A stretch of DNA of 64,000 nt, taken from contig CP075493.1 of the NCBI GenBank assembly GCA_021613535.1, positions 7,874,001 through 7,938,000 of the forward strand. The letters run 5' to 3'. Shown here in pieces: positions 37,976-56,448 of the stretch (position 1 is the stretch's first letter; each line of letters opens with the position of its first letter). Origin of the DNA: Adineta vaga. Taxonomy: Eukaryota; Animalia; Rotifera. The position numbers and the translations under genes are program-made. The notes under the pieces were generated by a model. It was not told where the DNA came from. It did no database searches and saw only the letters and a program-made list of their open reading frames with translations.

Positions 37976-40900
37976 AGATGTTAATGGTCATTGCAAGAGT
38001 AATGATGATCTTTCTTCACCTAAGTCAATAGAATTCAATCAATCTTATACATTGATTATCGAAGAGCTCAAGGTAAGCAAAAGTAAACGAAAGAAAAAAG
38101 AAAGAGAATAAAAAAAGAAACGACTAGTAGTAACCATCACAATTTCATAACGAAAAAAAAGTATGAAATGTAAAGAAGTAGTGACACATGTTCTTTATGA
38201 TACATTACCAAATTGGATGAAATATCACCATGAAAAAGATAGTCGAATTGTTCGAAAGGTAATTTTTATTGCTACTGATCAACAGATAATTGTTCATACA
38301 AGCAGATGTTACTATTGTCAATTTCCGTTTTGATTAAATAGTCTGACCTTACTAATTTTGAACATTGAACTTCCTTCAAACATGTTCTAGACGAATATTT
38401 TAATTAACTCATGCACATATATTATACTTGATCCTAACCTTGATTACTATTCAGTTATAGTAGACAATCACTATCATAGGTTTTTTTTGTTGTTGTTGTT
38501 GTTATTGTTAGGTATATAGTATTGGTGATTTATGCTATATCAACGATTACGATCAACCATCATCGAACATGTCTAAACCACAATTTGAAAAGATCAAACG
38601 TCATCTATCGTCATCATCCAATCTAACTTTGAATAATCATACAATATTGACAAGTACTTTGGGCAAGTTATTAGTTCGAGTAAGTGCTCGTAGGAAATAG
38701 CAACTATCGATCAGAGCACGTAATTATCTTTTCTCTTCTCTGACCGACAACGTTTTATTTCCGTTACAATCGTTGAGACCTTTCGGAATAGAGAAAGAAG
38801 AAGAAGAAGAAGAATTATTCTTCGATTTGATTGAGACAATGGAAAGCAGGTGTTCATTTGTACATTTTCACTAATCGACATAGACCAGAACAATTTTCTT
38901 CGTATTTTTTTTATGTAATCATAAGAAATTAACACATCGTTCAACAACAGATGTGGCAAAAAGTACAATTGATTTGTCTCATAGTCAACGTCATGAACAA
39001 GAAAATTCTATAACAATGAACAAAAAAATGATTATGAGAGAAAATATACAATTTATTGAACGTATTGGTCAAGGAAAACTAGGCATTGGTAAGTTTGAAA
39101 TCAAATGAAAGCTAAACTTTTCATCTTTATCTTTAGTTTTCAAAGCATTCTATCGAACGAAACAAAATGAATTAGTATGTATGATAAGAATAAAAGAGTA
39201 TTGAACTATTTGTTTCTTTATATTCAGTTAACTGTTGCTGTAAAAAAACTCGATTCAAAATTTCATTATAACGAAATATCGAAAGATGTTGATGTTTTAC
39301 AAGAGATTAAACATCCACATATTCTTCAATTTTTTGGTATTACAATTTATACCGATCGTTCACTTATGTTTGTAAGTTTGAAAAGTTGATAATGTTCACT
39401 CAATGAATGATTCGATTATTTAGATTATGGAATATGCACCTATGAAAGCACTTGATGATTGTTTGCTTTCAACAAATGCGAAAAGAGAATATTCTATTCA
39501 GATTCTATTTGAATTTATTAAACAAATAACATCAGCATTGAGTTATTTAGAAAAACGATTTTTTATTCATCGAAATTTAACTTGTCGAAATTATCTGGTT
39601 TTTAACAAATCACTTGTAAGTGTTGATTTTAGAATGAATGAATAAATCTCTTTAATGTTATTATTTATATAGATTAAACTTTCCGATTGGAGTTTTGGAC
39701 ATTTAGATGCATCATGGAAAGAAAGATTAAAATTACCAATAGCATGGATGAGTCCTGAAGCGATTAAATCTCATTGTTTTTCGATCGCATCTGATGTTTA
39801 TTCATTTGGCATTTCAATGTGGGAATGTTTCAGTTATGGACAACTACCATGGCAAGGAATGACAAACGATCAAGTAAGTTTTTTCAAGAAAAAAGAAAGC
39901 ATCAACTCTTTTCTTCTATAGATTATTGAATTAATTGATGCATCGAATTATCAACAGTTACCAAGGCCATCTCATGCGACATCTGAACTATATCAACTAA
40001 TGCTTCAATGTTGGAAATATGAACCATGTGAACGTCCAACATTTTCTGAATTAGAAATAACATTAACAGAAGTAGAAACATTGTCTGAGAAAAAGAACAA
40101 TAATCTATATCATTTTCTTATTGTTCTAGATTGAATTGAAACAAGTTCAATGGAAAAACAATAATAATATATCAAAAAATCTACCTGACGATTTTCTTTC
40201 CATACAATCATGTCTACTAGGACCATTGACGATCCTTGATCGATGGTATGTGCATCAAATTACTACAACTATAAGCATATACTATTAAGAACAGAAAAAG
40301 AAGGAGAAGAAGAAGAAACGAGAGACTGAAATATGATGTGAATAAGTATTCGTATGTTGAGATTCATTGTTACATAAACATTATTCTCATTTCTTTATGT
40401 GAGTGAGCAAATAGGAGAGAGCTTTTTTATTTTGACGTGCGACGCGCTACCTTTCACGCCCTTTTATCGATTGATTTACAAATCAATTTTGTTATGATGT
40501 CCTTGAGTACAGATATTGACATACTTGAAAGAAATATGTAAAAAATATCAAACTTAAACATATTGTACATTTTGTTTCTAGCCTTGACATTCCCAGCTCG
40601 TCATCATCAATCAAGAACTTTATTCAGTGTATAGCTGTTGACGGTCAGATAGGTTTTGTTTATAATAGTGACGTTGAACCGTTACATATTATAACTCTCT
40701 CTAAACAAACAACGAATACGACAACACCAGCAATGAGTCAAATATTTTCTCGAAAAACAGGTAATTTTCGTTGTTTATGTTTTTTGACTACAGTAAAATA
40801 AACAATTGTAATTGCAAGAAGATTTCGGAGTATCTGTTGCGAAAATACTTTACATAACCTTGGAAATTGGAGATTCTTTTCTGACTTTTTGCTTCTCGAT

Positions 40901-42303
40901 TATAGGCATAAAAAAGAATTCAACAAAAACAAGATGTAAACAAATATCCAAAGACATGATCAGTTCTCCGCAAGAAGACTTTATCCATGCATTTCATCTT
41001 GGCGTAGAAGGTAACGATGAAAAAGAGAATTTTGAAATGAATGAGAAATCAATTCAAACATCATCGTTTTTAGGTGAAGCCTTTGGTGATATAAGTTGTT
41101 TAAATAAATTAGAAGATGTTGATTTAAATATGCAATTCAAGCCAAAAACTTCAATGGATGCCACAACTGAAGAACACCGATCTGTAAGAATTTATTATTA
41201 TTATTATTATTTTGCATATTTTAATCATTGATTCAATGATTTTTAGACTCCTGAACAATCTTCATCATTACTCGATGAAGTTATGCAAGCATTTACAGAA
41301 ATTTATTCTGAAACAGAAACAACAAGATCATCATCACCGCAATCATTGACAACAAATAATGTAAGTTGAATATTGAGTAATTAAATTGAAATTTTATTGA
41401 AAGAAAAATCCATTCAAATACATGACAAAAGAGAATAATTGTTCTTGTTTTAATTTAGATTCAATCGTCATCTTTCAATCTAAATCAATTTTCATCGGAT
41501 GACATGACAGGTAAATCGCAGAAGATAATTTGATATTAGACATGCGAAGGTTTATATTTTAGATTCGAGTAATCGATCATCTCCACCATTTTCGCGTCTT
41601 TTATCAAAATTAACTATTAATAAAGTCAATGAAACATCTTGTCGATTTACACGTGAACTTGCAGAACGTTCTCGAAATGGTTTGCAAGGTTCCTCATTAT
41701 CATATCATATTCTTTTATTCTCGTTTCATATTTTTCTCTAGGTAATTTAAGTGAACAAGGAAAAAGTGCTTATAATCTCTTAATTAATCGATGTACTAGT
41801 AATTCATCATCTCAATCATCAACACATGATGATCATTCATCGTCATCAGTATCATCCAATCATGAAAAATCAGATTATCATTCACATTATTCATCGATAT
41901 CAAGTTTAAATTCACGAGCATCCTCCCTAAATAAAAATGAACAACAGCAACAACAGTCAGCTACTGGACAACCTTTACCACCACCTCCAGATCTAGCTAC
42001 TTTAGGAAGTAAATTAACGACAGCAAATGTGACCAATACATTTAATCTACCTGCATCATTGATATCAAACAAATGCTCAACAAAAAGTATGATATATGAT
42101 GTTTAGCTAACAAAGTTCATTTCAATTACTTAAAGAAACATTTTGTTTGAGAGATTTTTCACTGATAATAAAAACAAAATCTACTTTTGTTAAATGTCCA
42201 TACCAATGATAGATTATGTTCTTCTTATTTCGATGAAATATGTAAGTTTTAATATATAGTATGATATTTTTTCATTTCAGAACGATTCAATTTGTTTACA
42301 TAA
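37976..42303 (+). CDS. Ack/PR2(TNK)-like tyrosine kinase-fold protein (SAM-like, kinase, SH3-like, CRIB); predicted pseudokinase; first exon not located
   Basis: GQGKLG, VAVKKL, FIHRNLTCRN, IKLSDWS, KLPIAWMSPE, SDVYSFGISMWECFSYGQLPW; CRIB-like MISSPQEDFIHAFHLG..GEAFGD. Many short introns; last exon 42281-42303. Confidence 0.8.
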
Positions 42304-42847
42304 ATCATGACGATATTTCTCAATGCAATCGGTATTGCTCGAATGTCTGATCTCCTAGTCATAGCTGACGAAACTCTTTAACTTTGCATTAATTTGTGTG
42401 TTTTATTTCTTTTCTTTTTGTTCGCTGTAACGGATGATTTCTACGAACAGTGTGTGATGTTCATTGTAATCTTTCAGAAATAAAAATTATATATAGACAA
42501 AACAAAATTAATAACGGTAGAAGAGTCTTTATTAATCTAATCTTGCGAAGATTTCATGATCCATATGAAAAAGAAAAGAGATCAAAATAATCTTTTAGAA
42601 AATAGTCATGACGTCATCAAAATGAAAATAGAATGTCATTTTATGCGACGAAGAAATCTCGTCTCGAATATGCATATAGAACAGAAGAAAAGAAAAACAA
42701 AGTCTGTCCGTAATAGGAAACTAACACCATTTCTTATTCATCAGTATTTCTGTACAAGAACAAGTAACGTTAACAAAATAAGCATAAGTCATGTGTATTG
42801 TACGTATATATTATATTGCGTATATCGTGTTTTTTTCTTTTGAAAGA

Positions 42848-43214
42848 TCTGAAACCTTTTGGATTAATATTTGAAATTTTGAAAAGAGATTATGTATATG
42901 AGATAGATTGATAGATGCAACTAATAGAGTTTCTTGGTTATTCTTTTTTCTTTAGCCGGATATTTGCCCGTGTTCTGATTCATTAGACATATGTCTTTGC
43001 TGTCTTCCACTCGATTTACTTTGTTGCTGTTTACCTTGTTGTCGACCACGGTAAAATCCGTTTTTTTCCTCTTTTTCATATATCCAGATATTGATCAAAC
43101 TTCTTTTTCTACTTCAGTGAACGAGTTGTATATGTGCCTGCGGCTCAACCAATGTATGCACCACCATCACAAGGTTATCCTTATGTTATAAGAGAACCTA
43201 TGTCACGTTATTGA
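42848..43214 (+). CDS. Small Cys-rich protein with Pro/Tyr-rich tail; 5' exon uncertain; not in the ORF track
   Basis: Exons 42848-42893, 42956-43050 and 43118-43214 splice to ..LKRDY|PDICPCSDSLDICLCCLPLDLLCCCLPCCRPR|ERVVYVPAAQPMYAPPSQGYPYVIREPMSRY*. Confidence 0.6.
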
Positions 43215-43337
43215 TTTGTTTTTAAAATGAATGAGCAAAAACAAATTTTCTTTTTATGTCTATGCTTTCGAGTTTATTCGCTTTATGAAATAAGTTTATT
43301 CACAGTTTCGCAATTACAATGAACTTCTGTTTACATT

Positions 43338-43687
43338 TTATTGATAATAAAGTTCAATACTCATGCCATCATGAATCTCTAGAATAAAGAAGACAAAAAA
43401 TGAATGAATCTATATATTCGAATAAAACTCGACTTACCATAATCCGCAAGAGTAACATTATCTTTGAAGATATTATCTGCAAATCAAATCAAAATGATCA
43501 TTAATAAATTAAAATAAAAAGAAATAAAGATTTCGTAATACTTACACCATTTTTTAAGAACGATCTTTTCAGATTTAGTACCAGTTTGTGCAGCAATTAA
43601 TTTCTTCAGATCACCAATTGTATCATCTGGATTGCATTTAACACGAACCTTTTTACCCAATCGATCATTACAGATAATTTCAATCAT
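43338..43687 (-). CDS. UBL5: Ubiquitin-like protein 5 (Hub1)
   Basis: [19 protein letters not shown]...KKW|[13 protein letters not shown]|[13 protein letters not shown], with the C-terminal YY motif. Two introns. Confidence 0.97.
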
Positions 43688-44334
43688 CGTTCAAACAAGT
43701 AAATATGTCAATTAATCAAATAAAGATGAAGAAATAATACCTATACTATATTCTTAGTAATTATTATCTATTGGTCAATTTGAATAAACCAATCATAAAG
43801 AATATGATTAAATCTGTTGTTTACAAATTTTTTCGCAAAATATTTCTACCGAATGACAAATAAAAATAGTATATTCATTTTTTTATTACCGCTACAACAT
43901 TATTTTTTCATACATGAATGATATATGTGCATTCATGTGTTTTAGGAGCAGCCATTCTAGTCTTTCTTTTGTTTCTTATCTTTGACTGGTTAGATAGAGT
44001 GTCGTGTTGAGTTTACTTGTTCGTTCTCTTCTATTACTGCTTCTTCTTGTTCTTATTCTTCTCCTTCTGCTTCTTCGTCTTTTCTTCGCTCAGTTTGTCT
44101 CTCTCTCGCTCTCTCTCCACCTGAATCGACAACAGGGTCTGTTTCTGTGTGTGTCGTCGACCAGAAATAAGCTTCTATAGTTGCTGTTTCTGTTGCTCTT
44201 ACTACTACTACTACTACCACTAGATTGTCATTGCGACAAACGACGACGAGAACGATCTTCTTCGTTTTGTTGCGTTTATATAACGCATGTCACTAACATA
44301 CGCATGTTAATCTGATATATTCTTCTTACTAACA

Positions 44335-50270
<5,936 letters not shown>

Positions 50271-50734
50271 TTTTTCTCACAATCATAATTTGTTCAAGAG
50301 TTTTCATAGCCATACATTTCGCTCTTTCTAAATTGCCCTTTTTCGAATATTCATTCCTTTTAATTTCGCTTTTTCTCTCTCACTCTTTTACTCTATGTTG
50401 TTTGAATGTCTCTCTTTGTCTGTCGACTTGTTTCTTATGACTAAAATAAATCATACATTTTTTGATGACTTGCATATCGCGTCTTCTTTTACGTGCCTCT
50501 ATGACATAATGGATTTATCATTTGTGAAAAATGTATTTATTCTATTTATTTTGTGTTTCTTTTTTTTTCGTTCACTTCTTCTTTGATCAAGACAAAACAA
50601 ATTATTCATGATTTGCTTCTTTTTCTTCTTCGTTTTTTCTGACAAAAATACAAACAAATTTATCTCTTTCTTTTTTTTTTATATTGTATGTTTATTGTTG
50701 TCGTTGTTGTTGCTGCTCATCCCTTCCTGTCTTT

Positions 50735-50738
<4 letters not shown>

Positions 50739-50799
<61 letters not shown>
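50739..50799. repeat. (CT)n microsatellite, about 30 units, in the CaMKII 3' region
   Basis: Direct reading of the sequence. Confidence 0.95.
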
Positions 50800-50802
<3 letters not shown>

Positions 50803-51597
50803 GTTTTGTGAAAAGAATTAATTATAAAACGTAATTCTTCTTCTGTTTTTTTTTGACTGATTTGCCCTCTTTTCTCTTCTCTTTTCTTTTTTTCTGGATC
50901 GGTGATGATAATCAGAAGTTTTTCTTCTATTCAAAATGGCAACCAATAAAATAATTAATAAGAATTTTCACATATTTGATGACAGAGTTCAATGAGTCGA
51001 GTTCATTGTTGTTGGTGGATGAGGTTAGAAAAGTTCGCGTATCAAATGCAAATTTCAAATATTGATTTCAATGAAAGATGAGAGATCATTTATCAAAGCA
51101 AAATTACTTCCGATTACATTGATGTTGAGGATCATTGACGTCGAACGAAATATGTGACCTAAGAAAAGAAGTTATTAGTTAGAACATTGAAGAGCTTGTT
51201 GATTGATACCTAGAAGTATTGTTGACGAGAAAATACCTGCAATCATGCGAAAAACGACTTGTCAAGGTCAGGTTTTGAAATGCAAAAGCACAGACTGTTG
51301 CTTAAATTTGATCGATTAGACTGTTATTGAAAAGAAACGGGCATGTATATTTGAAAATAGAATCTGATTGTTTCGAAGCGCCATCTATCCGTTAAAATGA
51401 ATAAGTTTTACGCATTTATCTTTCTAGTTAATTGAATTATAGATCTTATTTATATGAAATTTAATTTCGTTTAATTTCCTTCTGGAAGTTGGTTACTAAG
51501 CAATCGACTGGCCGTATTAATATATAAGTTGATTATCAACAAGAAGAAAAAAAGAGGAGTTGTCGTTGTCGATCGACACTGTGTTTCCAAGTGACAG

Positions 51598-51611
51598 GTA
51601 CCTATGACGAC
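51598..51611. promoter_or_regulatory. X-box (RFX site) upstream of CFAP20
   Basis: GTACCTATGACGAC fits RTHNYYWTRRNRAC and ends about 65 nt before the ATG of a ciliary gene. Confidence 0.6.
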
Positions 51612-51677
51612 CTTGCTTGCCACAAACTCGCATTTTTAACCATTATTCATTTATTCTCTCATATTGTCTTTTGAGAT

Positions 51678-52494
51678 ATGTTCAAAAATACATTTCAAAG
51701 TGGTTTCCTTTCGATTCTCTACAGTATCGGTAGTAAACCATTGCAAATTTGGGACAAAAAAGTATGTTCATTAGAATAATCAACGACTTTATGTTTTCAT
51801 TGAATTTCTGTTCTGTATCTTTAGGTACGAAATGGACATATCAAACGAATCACAGATAATGAAATTCAATCACTTGTTTTGGAAATAGTCGGTACTAATG
51901 TTAGTACAACATATGTAACATGTCCAGCTGATCCAAAGAAAACTCTTGGAATTAAACTTCCATTTCTTGTTATGATTATTAAAAATTTGAAAAAATATTT
52001 TACCTTCGAAGTTCAAGTAAGAGAAGATTTAGTTGTTTTTGTTTATTTTCATCAATCTTATTATTTAGGTTCTTGATGATCGAAATGTTCGTCGTCGTTT
52101 TCGTGCTAGTAATTATCAATCAACGACTCGTGTAAAACCATTTATTTGTACAATGCCTATGCGTTTGGATGATGGATGGAATCAAATTCAATTTAATTTA
52201 TCTGATTTTACACGACGTGCTTATGGTACAAATTACATTGAAACACTAAGAGTTCAAGTATGTTGAATATCTTGTTTTGAAATACAAAGCCAAACAAAAT
52301 CTATTTCATTTTATAGATTCATGCTAATTGTCGAATTCGACGTGTTTACTTTTCTGATCGACTTTATTCGGAAGATGAATTGCCGCCGGAATTTAAACTA
52401 TATTTACCGGTAAGATTTTCATATTAAAAAACTAAATTTATTAAAAACAATCATCTCTTTTTTATTTTTTATCATTCAGGTTCAAAAGAAATAA
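51678..52494 (+). CDS. CFAP20: Cilia- and flagella-associated protein 20 (BUG22)
   Basis: [28 protein letters not shown]|[11 protein letters not shown]...[17 protein letters not shown]...[17 protein letters not shown]|VQKK*. Four introns. Confidence 0.97.
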
Positions 52495-53370
52495 TCGAAT
52501 TCATTATATACTTTTCTTCTTTTCGTTCTATTTTCTTCTCTCTCTCTCTTTTTCAAAAATAATAAATAATAAACAGCATGATTATCTACCAACAATAGCT
52601 GTGTATATTTGTGATTCTTTTTTCTTCTTCTTCTTCTTCTTCTTCATTTTTCACAATGAATGTCAACTTTTGTATGTTTTTTTTTGACGCATATATCATT
52701 CGTTAACCATCAATACAAAAACAAACAAATACATATGTATAATCTTTCATTTCTTCATACGAATTGTTTATACTGAATATTGTTAGTTACCTAAACGATG
52801 ATCTTTTACAAAACGAAGAAAACATTCTTAATCTAACAAGTTAGAGAAGAAAGAATGCTTCTTTCTTTTTTTTTGAAACTATGAAGTCAGACACAAATAA
52901 TTTGTCAGTTATTCACTCAAGTACGTTTGAGGATTGCTTCACGAGTTACATCCTTCTGTTTGTATCAAGGACAAGTACTCATCGCCTAGAATAGTTCCGT
53001 ATTTTAAGAACAGAAGCTGATAAGCGATTTCTCATGCGACAAAATGCGCTAATATTTGTTCATCAATAAAACAAATGAATACAAATAAATTGATTGATGA
53101 AGTTATTGTTTATATAAATAAGAAGGAAAAGAACACATCGCACGTGTATGACAACAGATAAACAACAACTGATAGTGGTGGGAATATAGATAGGGATTAA
53201 CAGATCTGTAAATAAACTTCTTTCTATTTTGATCAAAAACATATTACTCCAGAAAGAAATATCAAATAAAAAAAATGATTTCACAACATCTAGAAAAACA
53301 ACAGATACAACATAGAAAAAAAGAACTCCAGATCTCGTTGTAATTTTCATTGTTGTTTGCTTACATCTTT

Positions 53371-54604
53371 TCAATGACAATGCTCATTATAATCAATGAC
53401 AGAGGATCGACGCCATCCGAATAAGAAATGACCCAAACCAGCGCCCAAAATAACGGCAAGAAATAGATAAACATTGAATGTCATTGCTATTAACATCAAT
53501 AAATAACTAATACCCATTTGAAGAATATGTAATAATGTTTGAATTATATGATAAGTACTTAATAAACGAGCACTAAATACAAAACAATTATTGAATGAAA
53601 GTTATAGAAATCATATGAAATCAAATAAGGATAATCAACTAATGCTCACCGTTTAGTACGATTATCTACTGTTCTAACATTTGGCAACAAATCATTATTG
53701 TTAGAACGATCATATTGTTGATCATGTTGACGTACACTAGAGTAAGAATTATATCAATCACCAAAGAAAAATCAATCAATGTCGATTATGTTAGTATTAA
53801 AGCAAGCATTTTTCTTTCTAATCAATCGAAACTTACAGTGGCGATCGACGATTATCTTCATCAGAAGAATGTCGAAGTATTTCACGTTTGGCTAAATGAT
53901 CTCGTACAGTTTTCAAACCTTCATAGAGTACAGCAACAAAAAATATGACAAACCAAGATCCGACAAAGGCTAAAACGATGCTTTTTGCTTTATAAACATA
54001 GAGAATTATGTAGAATTATATACCACCAACTGTTTTCGTATTCCATTGATCAAATAAAATCTGTTCAGAATATCCACCATGAAAAGTCATCTAGTCAAAG
54101 AGAAACGAATAGATATTCTTCGATTACAAGTATAAAAAGGTACAAAGACTATGTTATTGAGTTTTATTTAATTAGTAGAATCAATAGGAAATAGGTAAAT
54201 AGAATATTTCCCTGCTTTTATCTCTTATTAATCGAATATTGAAAGAAGTCGTATGGCTTCAAAACTTCACTTTTATTGCTTTCTTTTATGAAGGACATTA
54301 TTATTAATCAATCGTCAAAACATAAGAAAAAGAATAGAAAGTCGATTATTTCCTAAAGAATTCTATTAAAATGTATTTAGTAAGCAAAACAACTCTTCTT
54401 TTGTTCTCAATTGACAATAGTAAAACATATTCAAATACTCACTGTCATCATCATATGTTTCATATGAGAACCATGTTCACTATGAGCAGATGATGAAGAA
54501 TTCATTGTGTCCACCATGACATGATGAGCATGATTCATTACCATTGGTGATGTGGTAACAGACATTTCTCCATGATTATGATGAGCATGATGATCATGAG
54601 ACAT
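53371..54604 (-). CDS. CTR1: High-affinity copper transporter Ctr1 (SLC31A)
   Basis: His/Met-rich N-terminus, MTFHGG..ILFDQW, LYEGLK, MxxxM (YLLMLIAMTFN), C-terminal EHCH. Multi-exon. Confidence 0.93.
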
Positions 54605-56448
54605 ATTAGATTCTAAAAATATAGAGATAGTCTATAGAATAAAAAGCCGTGTTCTCCGATTTCTACATGAAAGAATAGTGCGCGCATATTTAAAACCTGA
54701 TTTAATGTGAAGGTAAAAAAGAAGAAATAATAAAATCGAAATTGTTGCGACGATAAGTCTTCTCACAAAAGATCTATTACTGCATTGAAAAGCAAACAAA
54801 AATCGATTTTCTTTTCTCTCTCTTTCTCAACAATCCATTCATCATCTAAAATCAAATCAATAGATTGATCATAAGTTAAGATAAGAAGAAAAATGTATGT
54901 CTCTGTAAAACAATACATTGATGCTTGAGAAAATGAAAAGAATAACAAAACTGTAGGCATGAAAAAGAAAAATTTCTCACAAATTCACCATAATCATTAC
55001 ATCTGACATTTTCGGGGCGAGTAGCATCGTCAAGTATTTTTACAAAAGCAGTGAAATATGCATCTTATTGGAATGAAAATGTCTGAATGGATATGGATTG
55101 AGTTAAGAAGAGAAGGAAGAATGATGATTCTTTTATGGTAGAATCAGGATGTTACAAGAATGAACCAATCGCTCGTTTACAAATGATGGCGCCTTACTTT
55201 AATGTAAGAAAGAAAGAAAGACTATACTGCATAAACTTTTTTTTATTACAGAACTGAATGAAATATTTTTTCAGAGTTTTACAATGTATTTATCATCTCA
55301 TATAAGTAGAAAAACAGTACAAAATTTATCGATTCAGTTAAATGAAACAAAGTTGATACAAACATGTTCGTTTCAATAGCTTATGATTATTATAAATATA
55401 CTTTTTGTCACACTTCATTGAATCGATATCATTGTTCATATGACTCATGTTCATGACCGTCTAGAACTTGAAAGTATAACGTTCTTAATGAGAAAACTAT
55501 TCAAATTAATGTTTTTTTTTTATATGAAAAAAAGAAAAGGAGTGTTAATTTGTGATCTAATATCGAATTTACAGCATATGAGAAAAAAAGAATTTCAGTT
55601 GATTGTAAGAGACACTTCAATTCCGGAAAAAAGTTTTCTCTTATTTTCAAAGTATTTTCAATGGAATCCTATAGAAATAAAAACTCTCGAGAAGTTCGAA
55701 GAAATGTATGATTTTTGTTTTTTACTCAAACATCGCAATAGAATATTCATTAATGTTTTGTAATATATATTAATCAGCAGAATTCATAGTTATACTCTCT
55801 ACACGTACGAATAATAAAATCCTTAGAGATATCATATTGAAGAAAGTGTGAAAAGACTCAAGGAGAAACAATTCTTGTTCGTTTCAATAGAAACTCTTCG
55901 AAAATATCTTGAATTTTAAACCATGTTATATGTCTGTAAAGTGAAATTATTTTTCTTTAAAAATAAATCTTTGTGTTTGAAAATCAAACGTCGTTTAATT
56001 ATCCGTAACAAAAATGATCTTTTATTTATATATGATAAAAGTCTTTTTTTCTTTCTTTTTTCTTTATTTTAATTGAATAAAACAAATAAAAAATTTATCA
56101 TTGCAAGACACACATCGTTCAAGTAATAATGTGAAGAATCGTCATTAGTGGAAGTAGTCATAATAGCAAACAGAAAAAAGTAAAGGGAGAAAGAGAGAGA
56201 CAGAGAGAGAGAAAATGAGGAAAAAAACGGTAGGTCTCTTGTGACAAGAACCATTTCTATCCAAATCAATTTTTTTTCTAAGACAAGAAAATTACTAATG
56301 TAGTCGAACGAGACAAAGAGAAAATAGAAAAAAAAACTAGAATTGAGATCCTGGTTATATTTTTGTATAAGTAGAGAGAAAACGACTCTCTTCCTTTTTT
56401 ATTTTATATTATTCATTTCAATTGACGTTTATATAATAGAAAGAAAAT

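Noticed and set aside
54763-56269. ORFs between CTR1 and the K2P channel
   Set aside because: Phe/Leu/Lys-rich frames typical of AT-rich intergenic DNA.
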